A DNA stretch of 64,000 nt from Chlorokybus atmophyticus (GCA_009103225.1 RHPI01002069.1:1760846-1824845), one strand, 5' to 3'; shown: positions 49,601 through 63,683, counted from the first letter of the stretch. A program made the numbers and translations. The notes: generated by a model not told the origin, from the sequence alone.

Positions 49601-51092
49601 GAGTAAGTGAGTACCATTAGACTAGTACCAATAGCCACGTTGCCGGACACAGACGACGACGTGAGCCTAGTTGCTGCTGTGATTTGACGATGAAGTACAG
49701 ACCATGTACATGGGTGGCATGTAGTAGCAGTGGCTCAGCACAGTGAGTCACTCTGCGTAGCTTGCCTTGGTGGTTGATGTGGCAGTTTCCGTGTGCAGAG
49801 TTGTGTCGTGCAGTGCGTGTTGTGTGTGGAGGGTTTCTGATCAGGGCGGGTCAAACCAAGGACGATCCCGACATGCATTCGCACATTGTTAATTATGACT
49901 TTTGGGTTGATAGATGCACCGGGTGATGTACCCCAGGCTGCAATATTGCACAAGCATGGTAGTAGTTATACCTGCAAGTGCCAGGTTAACCATCCTGGAA
50001 TGGGCTTGTATATGTAAGCTCTATAAAGGCCAACAGCATGAAATGACTCTATAACACAGTACAACTCACTGTCAAACAGCTCGGCAGGACAAACCTGCTC
50101 ATGCACACACTTGTCAATCGGTAGGTAAGCAGCTTCAGGCAGCAGCAGGTTAGTAGTTAGGCAACTAACAGTAGATTAAGCAGTCGCATGCAAGCAAGCA
50201 TCAAACAACAGCCAGGTGCTGCGGCCTCCACCTACAGACAAGTGTGGGGCAACTTGCTCAATGTGTATAAGCTTAATGAAGGCAACGTAACATAACGCCC
50301 AGCTGCAGCGCAACAGGAGGTTTGTTGTGTGGGGTGATGGCCGTATTGCGGACTGTGGGAGATTGTATAGTGTAGTGCAAGGATTGTGCGCTGATGCTGT
50401 ACAAAAGGTATGCCATGCCATTACGTGTGCAGACAGGTGTGGGACTTCTGGGATCTTGCACTCGATTTGCCTTTGACGTGTTGCTGGCTTTGTGCACACG
50501 CTTGCATCCAAACACTTGCACTCTACAGCTTTCGGCCGTTTATTTCATTTGAACCGAAAAGCAACCAGAGACGTGTGCATCTTGTGTTGAAAGAGTGAGT
50601 GACTGTTTGTTTTTCCTGCACTGCGCGCAAAGTAGGTGCCTGTCATAATTGGTGTGTCACTTGTGTTGTCCGTACCCACAAGGTTGCAATGCGCGTCGTG
50701 TTGACGCTTGGTCAGGAAATCCAATGCGTACTGTTACTGGTGCTGGTAGTACCAGGCGTAATCCTGTTGGTGCATGCCAATGGGTCGCGTATGCCGAGCG
50801 AGAATTTGCACACAAACACAACAACAAGTGACCTGAATTTTGCAACATGTGCATAATGTATATCAACCGCAATGCATGGCATGCGTGTCGGATGTTTCCA
50901 GTGTGCAGCTCGTGTGTATATACTACAGACCCAACTGTGTGGCAAACCACACAGTTGCTGCTTCTACTGCTGCTGCTGTGGCAATGAGGCATTGCTGCAG
51001 AAGCAGAGAATAGCTGTCTATCTGTTTGCTTGTTTGCTTGTTTGTTTGTTTGTTTGTTGATTTGTGTCGTAGGTTGCTTACTTGCTTCTATG

Positions 51093-52531
51093 CTACAGTC
51101 CTTGCTGCCTCGTGCTTCTCCTGCCTTGCTCCACATCTCCACACTCATCATCGTCGTCGCACTCAGGGGTTTCCATCACAGCTGGCTCCACTGTCGGCTC
51201 AGCCTGGCGATTCTTCATCGGCGCGTGTGTAGGTGTGCATGTCTCCAACTGCGGTATGGCTATGAACATGGAGTGAGGCTCGTCTCCTTCGCCCGCGCTT
51301 CCCGCGTCCGGCATGACAACAATGACGGGAGAGGAGGAGTTGTGATGCGTGCTGCTGTTGGGTGCTGTGGCAGGCAGCAGTGTGGTGGGGGGTTTGCACG
51401 AGGGTAAGGAAGATGAGGGAGGGGCAGACGGGTCGAAGCAGTACATCGGGACCTAGTGGGTAAAAAACAACGACCAACAATCAGGTGTCTGTGACATTGT
51501 TGTCGCGGCGTGCGTGTAGCAGATGTCGGGCGCACACCCACCCTCACACACAACCACGCGTACACAAGCTTGTGCGTGCGTGCGTGCGTGTGTGTGTGTT
51601 TGTGTGTGCACATGTATATGTGTGTCATTGCAACATGGCAGCAGCTTCCAACCTGCATATTGCGGAATGACCGCTGGTGCAGCATGGATGTGAGCGTGCT
51701 GAGGCTGCGCATGGCCCTCCCCTGTGCAAGGTGCGCCTCGATGCGTTGCTCGCGGTTCTGACGCAAGCGATAAGTCACATAACCCAACAGCGCCGCCAAC
51801 AGAGTTATCATTGCCACCTGCACAGCGCATGTTGAGTCTTGAGTGCGTGTGTACGTGAGCGTGCACGTGTATGGGTATTTCTTGCGCATGCTTGTCTCAG
51901 GCAGGAACCAGAGGCAAGCAATGTGTGTATGTGTGTATGCAATATTTGTGTGATTGAATTGTGGCATCCATCTGCCCCATAAAGAGAGAGCACAATCAAT
52001 GTGCAATAGCCAGGAATACACGAATGTGATTGTCGCTTGATTGCACGGCAGAGCAAAATACTTACCGCGATAGCGGCCAGCCACACAAATTCCACCGCAG
52101 TGAAGCGCATGCCTGGCGTAACAGCTGGCAGCGGTGAGGCATCGGATCCAAAATCAGTAGCTGCGAGCAAGTACAGAAGAGCCATAAGCGAGAGTTCTTT
52201 CCACAATTACAGGCCATCCAACAACATGGCTCAAGCATTGAGCACAATGAAGCACTCAACCATGGAGAAACTTGCTCACAAACGTCAAGCTGTCAAACAG
52301 CAATGAACCCATCAAGGATGCGCTTGCCAAGCAAGAAAGAAAGAAAGCAACTCACCCAACGAGCGGTTACAGCAAAACTGACCCATACTGCACGGACCAT
52401 ATACACACATGCACACAATAGCACACGCGCACACGGACTAATGCACCAGGCAAATCCAACGAGCAATGGCGATTCTGTTAGCAAGCCACATGCTTACCAG
52501 GATCGCGTGCATTGTACAATTCCGTGCTCAT
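51093..52531 (-). CDS. Uncharacterised single-pass membrane protein (4 exons)
   Basis: Phase-compatible exons MSTELYNARDP | ATDFGS...VEFVWLAAIA | VAMITLLAALLGYVTYRLRQ...RNMQ | VPMYCFD...PVIVVMPD...MFIAIP...QQGL*. Confidence 0.6.
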
Positions 52532-53158
52532 CTTCGAAGCCAAAGAGCTCTTTGCTGGCAGCTGGCGGCTCGGAGCCAAGCGGGGCTAGAGCTCAAGATG
52601 AATGGCTGCGAAGACGACGGCGACCAGTAATGGCGCCGCCACCCCCCAAATTCTTTGTGCCCCCACTCCCCAAGGCTCTAACCGCTCTTGTCTAACCACC
52701 CATGTGCACAACCATCCTCAGACCCTCAGACCAGGCCAGGCCGCCTTCAAGCTGAGCCCTCACACTCGCCTCCTCCTCTGTCTTCCTCGAAGCTCCGGTA
52801 GGACAGCAACACCAACGACCCAAACGACACACACAAAAGGGCTTGATGACAATGCCGCTCGCAACACCCACACCGCCGACACCGCCGCCGTCGCCTTCGC
52901 CGCCAATATAACGTCCACAGCAGCAGGACGTTTGTACTTTTTTGCCGCGGGCTTGATATCTGATTGAACCTAACTGAACCGAAGCCAGATATGACAGATA
53001 TCTGCCGTCAACATACCAACGTTGCCCGCGGCTTCGGTTCGAAACGGTGTCGGTTCAGTTGGATATACTCGTCAACGCGATATCGGTGGTCTGGCTATGA
53101 GGGTGAGCAGCGTTGGTTATATGCATGCTTGGCGCCTGGCAGGCTGTGGTTTGGCGCC

Positions 53159-56100
53159 ATGGCGGCGGCGGCAGAGGAGAAGGAGAAGGAGGGGGAGGGG
53201 GATGATGAGAAGGGGAAGGTGGTGGTCAGGAGGGGTGGGAGGGGTGGGAGGGAGGCGTGGTCGGATTATGAGACGGTGTTCACCAATGCCAAGGCGGGCA
53301 TGGACCAAGTGGACAGGGAGCATGTGAAGAAGGTGTGTGCTTTGTGTGCTTGTGTGTTTATACAGAAGAGTAGTGTGTTTTGTGGTTGGGGGTATTGATG
53401 CATGCGGCCAAGCATGTGGTCCTTGTTGTGGTTGTGGGGTTCCAACGGCGTCATCATTGTGAAGGTTGTTTATGAGTCGAGCCGTGGCAGCGCCTTCTTC
53501 ATCAACGAGCAGCGCAAGAACGAAGCCACTGAGCGACGCATTGCCCAAATGCAAAAGGCTATGGCGGAGCTCACACCACAGCGCATTCAAGTACGTAGCA
53601 TGTTTCCAGCAACAAGCATTTACACATATATACCAATAATAGGTGCACTGACAGTGAAGGTCATGCCACACACATATTTGCTATGTGCGCTTGTTAATTG
53701 TGTTTGACACGCACGCGTACGATCATCTTCGGGGGGAACTACATAAGTACATACCCTACTGAAACTTAACACATTAGCGCCTTGTGCTCACATGAGAAAC
53801 CTTGATGCGACATCCCGACGTTATTCATAAACACGCGTGTGCACACACACACACACACGCGCGCATGCATCTCCTCACAGGCTCTAGAGCGTACCGCCGA
53901 CCGTCGTCTCATCGAGCTCGAGGCCTCTCGCGACCTCTCGCGCGTGTGGCTCCACGTCGACATGGATGCGTTCTACGCCGCGGTGGAGGAGCGCGCCAAC
54001 CCCGCACTGAAGGAGAAGCCGCTGGCCGTCGGAGGCATCGGAATGATATGTACAGCAAACTATGAGGTGAGACTAACACCTGCTGGGACTCTCATGTTTA
54101 CTTGCATAAGCACTTAAATGACAATTTGCCTTAAGTTGGGCTTATTGGGCCCGTCCCACAACGGACTTTACATCAACCTGACTTTTTGGTGTGGGTTGTG
54201 CACAGGCTCGCAAGTTTGGCGTGCGTGCGGCGATGCCGGGCTTCATCGGTTTGAAGCTCTGCCCGGAGCTGCAATTTGTCAAGCCCGATTTCGCAAAATA
54301 CACGGCCGCAAGCGCCGACATACGCGAAGGTGATCATCTGCATGCTGCATGCTACAATCGGGTTGTATTTCAACACAACAACCACAACCTGACACTAGTT
54401 GGGTTTCGTTCCCTGCGTGCAGTGTTCATGGAGTACGACCCGCAGTTTGTTGCCGTGAGCCTGGACGAAGCGTATCTCGACATCACCGAGCATTGCAAAC
54501 AGACAAGTCGCAGCGGTGCTGAGGTGCGTCTGCGTGTAAGCATGCGTGCATGCGTGATAGCGTGCAACACGTTGACATGGGGCATTGTATACACCACAAT
54601 ACAAAAGCACTCGTGCAGTATAGCATAAACACTGTGCGTGCGTTGCCACAGGGCATTACACAAGCAATCCAATTGCATCGCTGACACAACAGGTAGCTGA
54701 AGAGTTGAGGCAAAAAGTTAGAGACAAGACGGCTTTGACCTGCAGGTAAGGTGTTACATCACACATTGCTTTTATTTTCGCCACGCACGCATGAGGCTCT
54801 TACTCTGCCCCTCTCCTCGCATTCATTCTCCATGGCACAGCGCAGGGATTGCACCCAACCGCATGTTGGCCAAGGTGTGCTCGGACATCAACAAACCCAA
54901 CGGGCAGTACGCGCTGCCGTCCGAGCGCGCGGCCATCACGGCCTTCATCACAACCCTACCTATCCGTAAGGTAGTTTCAACACTGTGAGTGGGTTGAATG
55001 ATTGATTCGTCATCCACATATTCAATCATTCATTCATCATTCGTTCATTCATTCATCCATTTGTTGATGTACTGAAACATTTGCTCACCATTTCATTTCT
55101 TCGTTTGTTGTTGAATCGATTCGTCTGTTTGTTCAGTTATTGTTTCATTTCATTCGTGCATGTACTGTTTGTCTCATTGACTCTTTCATCGTCTGTGTTA
55201 CTGTCCTTTCATACACTCACTCATTAGCATCTGAGCAGATTGGAGGCATCGGCAAGGTGTCCGAGCGCCTTCTTCACACGCTCGGCAACACGCACTGCAG
55301 CCACCTCATCGAGAAGCGCGGGTTGCTCGCAGCACTGTTCTCCCCAATCGCATTCGGTACTGTCTGAACCAATGCCATGCGTGTGCGTGTGCGTGCATGT
55401 GCATGTTGTGGTCGTGTTGTTGTCATCTTGATACAGTTCAACCCACTCAGTGTTACCTGTGTTGTGTCGTTGTGTGTTGTGTTGCCTTTAATCATCACTG
55501 ACGTGCTACTCTGGCCTTGCAGACTTCTTCATGCATGTTGGGCTGGGCATCGGTGGATCGGAGGTTGTTGAGAGGGCTCCCGAGGGCGCTGTCACGCGCA
55601 AGGGCATCTCTACCGAGCGCACGTTTGCAGCTATTGGGACAGAAGCCCAGCTCAACACCAAACTTGGTCCGTGCTTGTGGCACAGAAAAAGTATCACGTC
55701 GTCATGTGGGTGAACCATGCTGTTTGAAACACACGTACACATGCGCGCGCACGTACATATGTAGGTATACACACGAATGCGCACACGCACACGCGCAAGC
55801 ACACACAACTGATTGAGTTTGTTTGAATCAACAGAAGAATTAGCAGAGTCTTTGGCGTCGCACATGGCACGCGAGGGTCTGCACGCGCGCGTGCTCACCC
55901 TCAAGCTTAAGTCCACAGCTTTTGAAGTGAGCTGCGTGGGCTGGAAAGGCTAGCAATGGCTCTCGAGCTCAAATGTGGGTGTGTGAATGTTGTTTTAGGT
56001 GCGCACGCGTGCGGTGACACTGCCCACTTACATCTCAACTGCTGAAGAGATGCTTGTCCATGCGAGGCAATTGTTGAAGCAGGAGTTGCCCATCACTGCC

Positions 56101-57123
56101 CGCCTCATGGGTGAGTGCACATGTGCACATGTAATTGGCATGCAAGTACATGATGCTCAGTATGTAAGAGCAGTAAAACATCAACAGCTTTGAAACTGTT
56201 CATCTAGTCAGCTAAGTCAATTTGATTGACCAGTGATTACCTCTTTGGCAGGCTTGCGCATGAACAGTTTCAAGGAGGAATCGGTGCCGGAGCCAGGGCA
56301 ACTCACACTCTCACAGGTACATGTAACCAGAGGTGTGCGAGCGTGTGCGTGAGATCGTGCTTGTGCGGCTGCTGGCGTCAGGGTTAACATCGAGAACTGT
56401 GTTTTTGTGGTCATGTGCTTTATATGTCTATACATGTCTTTATATTTGTCGATGTGTCTATTTGATTATATGTGACAAGGTTGACACTTCTGCCAACAAC
56501 AACAGCAATGTCTATTTGTTTTTCAGGTGTTCTCCCGGAAGAAGCCACGCAAACAGGACAACAACTCTGTCGAGCCAATCAACCTGGAGGACGACTCGTC
56601 TTCTTCTTCTGATAGTGATGATAATGATGACGATGTTGACCTCAACAAAGAACATGCAACGAGTGTCACCCACGTGGAACAACAACAGCCAGATCCTGGG
56701 CCATCAGCGTCATCCTGGAGAGAAAGCCTCATGGATGATGATGTTGGTATAGGTGTTAGCACGGCGTGTCCACGCTGCACGTACATCAACAACAACAACA
56801 ACACGGTCCCCTGTGAGGTTTGCGGGTACCCCGATGGTGACACAGACGACAACGAGTACGCGTGCGAGCAATGCGGCACGAAGGTGCGAGTTTTCAATAA
56901 ACGCGAGCACGAAGACTACCACTACGCCTTGCGGCTGCAGAGGAATGATGGTGATGTTGGTTCGCATCAACATGATCGGGCCGCTGCAATTGTTGGTGTA
57001 ACGGGCAGTAAGCGCAACAGCAGCAGTGGTGGTAAAGCGGCCTCTGGGCCGATGGATCTGTTTGTAAGGAAACAGCAGAAGAGTAAACGCTTGCACACAT
57101 CAGGTGTGCCGGACCCAACATGA
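53159..57123 (+). CDS. POLK: DNA polymerase kappa (Y-family, DinB), ~13 exons
   Basis: [28 protein letters not shown] (eukaryotic N-clasp), [98 protein letters not shown]. Confidence 0.97.
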
Positions 57124-57835
57124 CCGGTGTGTTGTGCGCTCGCGGGGTTGTGATGGGTATGCCGGGAGGCGGGTGGTATTGAGCGTATGGTTATGCTTGT
57201 ACAGTGCATTGTGCTTGTGGACTAGCCTGTGAATGACATAATTTGTTGTGTATGTGGTTGTGGAGGACTAGTACTCGTCTCATTACAATCTGACATGTTG
57301 TCAAGTGGTGTTCGATCGCATATCCATACACAGATTGCGCATGGGCACACGCACGGGCGCGCATACAACAAGCATAAAAGCACCAAGGCAGGCACTATGG
57401 TGTACAAAGTATGCAATGTGGTGAACGGTTGGCCATGCCAAGCACGGTGTGAAGTTGAAGCGTGCCACAGTGTGTGGCTAATATGTGTCACTTGTGACAT
57501 GACAACCCATTTGGCAACAAACAACTGCAACTTGGCATGGGAGGTTGGGTTCATGCTGCATAAACAACTGCACAACACAGTCACTCTCTAGTCAGTGCCT
57601 GCCAAGAAATGGTGTCTTGTGTTGTGCTGTTGTTCTCAATCAATTTCCCAAAGGGAGAAACACAGGGCATCGAGCAATTGCTACAATGGAAAGCAACTAG
57701 CAAGTATCGCACAAGAACAGTGGAAGCAGCTAGCAGAGAGGGGTCAACTAGTGATACAGTTTGAGGACTAATACAACGCCCACCAATGATCTTGCATGTG
57801 TCTTCCCTTGTATATACAAACCAAATTGTGTCTGT

Positions 57836-59605
57836 TTATGCGCGTGCGGGAGCAGCCACATTTGTTGTATCGGCTTTGGGCATGTCTGCGTTGTTATCCT
57901 CATCGAGCGTGTGTGTCGGTTGAGGCTGCGCTCCCTCTGGCGTGAAGGGCGGCGGCTCGTAGTCGGGTACGAGCGCGTACTCGTCGTTCGCGTTGGGTAC
58001 CTGCACGTTGATCTGTCTCTTGGCCTCGCTCGACACGGCGAGGACGTGCGTCTCAACAGCCGTGACGGCATTGTTGACGACGTTGGTCACGCGCGCGACG
58101 GTGGTGTTGGTCATCGCGACATCCTTGACGGAGTTCATCGAGCGCTCCAAAGCGCCAACAGCGGCCTTGGCGTACGTCGACAAACCGAGCCGCGTGTCCA
58201 CATCCTGAGAAGGAGAAGTTAGTTAGTTTGTTTCCAAGTGCTATCACCTGCTGGTACTTTCCTAGCACTTGGTCTAGTTTGCTCTTACCCCTCACCTCAG
58301 TTTTCTATCGATCACTCAAGCAGCAAATGGTACAGAAATGTTGTCACTCTGACCCAGTTACTGCTGACACACGCACACGCACATGCACGCAGCTGTGCGC
58401 ACGCACACGCACACCCACGCACAGGCCTACTCTTGCACGGACGCAATACATATGGAGCTACTTTGCTCTTACTTCAATCGACTTTCCTAACCTTGTATCA
58501 GAGAGCGAACATCAAAGGTTGCACCGTGTATGTTCTCTCAACAAACCCTACCTTGAGCGCCGCATCCGCCCTCTGCCCCAGCGCCTTTGTCCGTTCCGTC
58601 ACGTTATACATCGCGTCGACGGCGGCAAGTTTGGCGCGCACCCGCGAGGTGAGTCCGTGCTTCTCGTCGACGGCGCGCGCGCGGGACAGGACGTCCGACG
58701 ACAGGACGTAGCCGCGGGCCAGCATCGCCGCGATCGCGCGCTCGGTGCGATTGGGTTCGGCGAGGGGGGAGGTTTGACTCACGGGAGACATCAGGGGCTG
58801 AAACACATGTAGAGGTTGACGTGTGCGTGTGCTTGGGTGTGGGTAGGTATGCGCGCGCATGTGCATACACGTGCGTGTGCGCGTCTCAGTTAGTGTCAAA
58901 ACTCACATAACAAATCCCATCCTTTGCATGCTCTATTGTACCATCGACGCACCGTGTTTGGGCTGTTAGGGACTCCGCTGGCTGCGGTGATCATCACGGC
59001 GCGGTCAACGATAACTGCGCCCTGTCAACATTCAGAGCAGATAGTTCAGTAATCTATTTAACGACACAACAACAGGCTGCTTGCAGGACGCGTGTCACAA
59101 CTCACAGTCAGCAGCAGTGCGGTATCGAGCGCTTTGGCGTCTTTGAATGTGACCGTTGCAGACTTTGTGCCGTCCGCTTCACTGCAGAAACAACGCAACG
59201 ACACGCAATCAATGTTCTCAAGCGTTGTGTACTATACAGTCAGCTTGTATGAAGTACTGCATGTTCACCACGCCCATGCATGCATGCATGCATGCTGGCT
59301 GGCTGGCTGGCTGGCTGGCTGTAGCCTAACGGAAAGGCAGTGCTGAAGTGTCTTGTATTCGTGCGTGCATGTGCGTGTGCGTGTGTGCGCGTGTATGCGC
59401 GCGTGTGCGTGCGCGTGCGCATGCACATGCGCGCATGTGTGTATTTGCGTGCGCGCGTGTGAGACACAATATCCACTCACTCGCGGATGCTGATCCGCCT
59501 GATCTCCCCGGAAAAGGAGAAGAACTCGCTCAGGCTGCGCTCCGTTGCGTTGGGAGAGATGTTCGTTACCAGCACCGACGGCTGCGCAATGTTGAAAGGC
59601 CAAAC

Positions 59606-59650
<45 letters not shown>

Positions 59651-59719
59651 CAAACACAAGAGAAATCCAGTCAGAGCTGCCGCTTTCGCACTGACACGTT
59701 GACTTGAGGTCATAGGCAT
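57836..59719 (-). CDS. RRM-domain protein, BPA1 (binding partner of ACD11)/Vip1-like (multi-exon)
   Basis: SVLVTNISPNATERSLSEFFSFSGEIRRI, ATVTFKDAKALDTALLLTGAVIVDRAVMIT, AIAAMLARGYVLSSDVLSRARAVDEKHGLT. Confidence 0.85.
59607..59648. repeat. (AC)n microsatellite in an intron
   Basis: About 20 uninterrupted AC units. Confidence 0.95.
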
Positions 59720-60213
59720 AAGTGTTCCTAGCCCAGTTGAGATGCGTATTGCTCTAATAGCACAGGATTGTTTGAACTGTAGAATTGGCTACTATCAATC
59801 CTTGCGGAAAACATCTGTGTGACATATCTGCCACGCACTATTCTCGAACAGGTGGAACTGTGATCAATTTAAAAAACCTGGTTACCAAGAACAATCCATG
59901 ATCACTAACATGACAGCTGCATCCTCACACACGGTCGAACCCCCCTATCAGTACACCTGACTGACAACAGCCTGTCATAAGGCAGACCAAGCTAAACCAA
60001 GCCTGAACCCAGACTCAAACCCCCCAGATTAAGCTTGCCTCAGAAGGGGTCAAAGGTGGGGAGGAGGCCATGGCAGCAACAAACCCTGGCTGAGAGCGAC
60101 AAAGAGCTAGGGGAGCCCTCAGGAGTTTGATGTATAAAGACCCCTGAAAGCAAGGCGTCTCTCTCTACTATCTAATCCAACCCCAGCTGCTCCACGTGCT
60201 GCTCCGCCTATTT

Positions 60214-60492
60214 CGCCACCGCCACCGCCACCGCCACCGCCACCGCCACCGCCTACACCACCTGGTCTACAGCTTAGTCTACGCGTGAGCGCTGTGCGTT
60301 TGTTGTCATGAGCGTGAGCCAGAGTCGGTTACGCATCGTAACGGAGTCTCACTCTTGTCAGATACGCCTAGTATCCTGTGGTCGGTTACGATGCGTATTC
60401 GTTGACGGAGCGTGTCCCGCCAACTGGAGCGGACACGTCAGCAGCGGCGGCGGCGGCGGCGGCGGCGGCGGTGGTGGTGGTGGTGGTGGCGG
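60214..60492. promoter_or_regulatory. Bidirectional promoter region between the BPA1-like gene and PDX2
   Basis: (CGCCAC)n at 60214-60253 and (GGC)n(GGT)n at 60444-60492 face outward around a ~190 bp core. Confidence 0.55.
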
Positions 60493-60526
60493 TTGGGGTT
60501 TTGCAGTGCTTGAGTTTTGTGCTATT

Positions 60527-63053
60527 ATGGATCAGCCTGTGGCCAGCGCTACCGAAGAGCCTATGCGTATAGGCGTGCTGGCGCTGCAGGTCTAGAGTCA
60601 GTCTCAGGCTGTGTGCGTGGCGTATGTATGTATGTGTGTATGTATGCCTTTCTGTTTGACTCAGCGCCAGCTGCATTGAGTTATTCGACTATGTTGGCGG
60701 ACAGTTGCGCATGCAGTTTGCTACATCGGTCAAGTGCTTTTGCTCTTTCTTTTTCCCTGGTTGCATTAGGCAGTAGTGGTGTCACGCACTTGTGATTGCG
60801 GCACTGTGTGCCTGCCACTTCTCACCACACCAAGTTACGTATTTCATCAGATCACACGCTGGTATCCCCGACTTGCCCAAGACAACATGCACGCATACGC
60901 ACACACTCCATGCATGTGTGTGTCTCTGTACATGCGTGTGTGTATGGGTAGATGCATATCCAGTGGTTGTTGCGCTGTTTTACACTGTGCGTGTCCGCGC
61001 GCGCGTTTGTGTGTGTGCAAATGTAGTAGTAGTAGTAGTAGTAGCAATAATAGCAATGCTACTCGTACTAGTCATACTACCAATCACTCATGTTACTATC
61101 GACCCACATATCTTCTTCCATCCAGGGTTCCTTTCGCGAGCACTGCACCTCTCTCCGCCGCTGCTCCTCCCCCTCCTTCCCCTCGATCTCCCCCGTCGAG
61201 GTCCGTCGTCCCGACCAGCTCGAGGGGTGTCGGGGTCTGATCATACCGGGGGGGGAGAGCACTACCATGGCCAACGTCGCCGTGCGCGCGGGACTGGTGA
61301 GGGGAGGAAGTGCGTGTGTGTGTGTGTGTGTGTGCGGGTATTCGTGCACACGCACACATGCACACAAACGTGTACGCACGTGCAAGCGCGCGCGCACACA
61401 CGCGCGCACGCATGCACGCACACACCCACACATGCACGCACGCACGCACACATACACGCGCGCACATGCACATACACAGTGTCTGAGCATTCTTGCGTGC
61501 GTGCGTGCGTGCATTTGTGTCCACTTGTGCATGTGCACATGACTCTTTGTGCACGTGTGCCTGTGTTTGTGGATGTTATTACGACTCACTCTTCGGTGGG
61601 GTGGCGATTGCTGTTGATGGTGGTGGGGCACACATGCACCAGGGTGAGGGTTTGGAGGTGCTCAAGGCGTTTGCGGCGGAGAGGCCCGTGTGGGGCACGT
61701 GCGCCGGACTCATCCTCCTCGCCAACAAAGCCTACGGTGAGCACAGTACAGAGTCGCACCCCACGCATGCTTGGCCTTGTCACATACTGCGATGGCATGC
61801 TTGCCGCTCTCGTGTGTTTCGGTCTCATTCGATAAGTCGTCGACTTCCCTCTATTGAATGCCCAGGCTTACAGTGACTAGCTAGACTGATGGTTGAGCAG
61901 TATGAGGCTCATGGGGACATAGTTGGTTGGTGTACTCTCAGTGGTCTTTGGCTTGACCGCGTGGTCACTATCTATCCATACAACTAACTATTTTTGCAAA
62001 TTGTTGTCGCTGTGTGGACGTTGATTGGTGCCACTCGTCCCTTTGTGTGCAGGGCAGAAAGAGGGTGGTCAGGCGTTAATCGGCGGCCTGGACGTCACCG
62101 TGCACCGCAACTTCTTCGGCTCACAGGTATCATAAATAGAAAGAGACAAAAAAGTGTGCGCGTGGGTGTGGGTGCGTGGGTGGGTGGGTGTGGGTGCGCA
62201 CATGCGAGCGCGTGTGCGTGCGCGCATGTAGGTTCACCTCCAGCTTCACAAGCTGTCTTGGTAACGCGTTTTAATCCTTGTGCCCATGAAGTTGAACAGT
62301 TTTGAGGCGAGCCTCACAGCACCCGCGTGCCTTTCAAAACATGATGTACCGAATGTGGTTGGGGAGGATCCGTCGACCTTCCGTGCCGTGTTCATCCGCG
62401 CGCCGGGCATCCTGCAGCTTGGGGAAGGCGTGGAGGTGCTCGCCGAGTGCCCCGTCGCGCCAGAGGACCTGCCGGAAGGCGCGCCTCAGGTGGGCGTGTG
62501 TGCGTGGGCTTGTAGGTGGGGGTGGGGGTGCGAGTGGGTGCGTGCACACGTGTACGTGTGGCGCGGAGACACAGCGCGTGCGCACACGTGTGTGTGCGTA
62601 CGTGTGTATGAGAGTACGTGTGTATTGTGCTGCGCTGCGAGTTTGCGGGCAGAGTGGCGGCACAGGCATGTGTGCTTGCGTGCAACAACATGTGTATTGT
62701 GGTAACTTGATCTGTTGCTGTTACAGACGGACAAGGTAGTGGTTGCTGTGAGGCAGAACAACCTTCTTGCAACAGCTTTCCATCCTGAGCTCACAGCCGA
62801 CAACAGATGGTAAGCTTACATCTTTCAAGACAAGAACCCACCACCAGTATGTACATATAAATCAGACCGCTACTGGTCATGCAAGGTTCCAACATTTACG
62901 CGTTGCGTCCTTTGGCGTGGCAGGCACCAACTCTTTGTTGACATGTGCTCCAAGTTGCCACCTTACTCGAGTAAAGGCTCGCAACCAGCTGGCGAAAGTT
63001 TACAAAAGGAGTCCATTAGGTACTGTAGACCTGCTGATCTACCGGTTAGGTGA
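60527..63053 (+). CDS. PDX2: Pyridoxal 5'-phosphate synthase glutaminase subunit (multi-exon)
   Basis: [79 protein letters not shown]. Confidence 0.96.
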
Positions 63054-63683
63054 CGAGTGAACTGGCTGGATTTTCATTAGCCATTGAGTAGTGTTGTGTA
63101 GCTGGTGGTCAGACATTGAGGCGTAAGTCATCACATTGGTGAACAGTTGGTTTAGCTTGGTTTGCCGCTGCTGCCTGCATGCAGCTGCAGCTCACGTCTG
63201 ATCGCTGGACAAAGCATGTCGAAGTGATGCATTGTGACACTCTCATCCCCCGGCAGACTCTATGTGTAATCTGCACTACTCATGTCGGTTATATATAGTT
63301 GGGGATAGGTCGAATCATACCCATGCTGAGTTCACTACAGTTACTGGCTCCTGTGCACCGCCGGTACATGACATGCACCAGCGCACTGCCAAACCGGCAG
63401 TACGATTGCATTGCCACCTTTGCGTGATCAACTACAAGTTGAGCATGAATGCAGCTGCGCGTGTTAACAACAGGCAATGCGTGAGAAGCACACATGTACT
63501 TGCTATAGCTTCAATCCCTCAGTGCCCAACCACGCAACGGCAGCACATCACAAACTGCGCCAACACTTGGGCAGATGAAGGATAGAGAGGAGAGGAGGGT
63601 AAGGATAAATTCATAATCAATGCTAGGATGATACAATAGACCTCGATGCCAGTGTTGCGTCATCAACGTCCAGACCAGAGACG

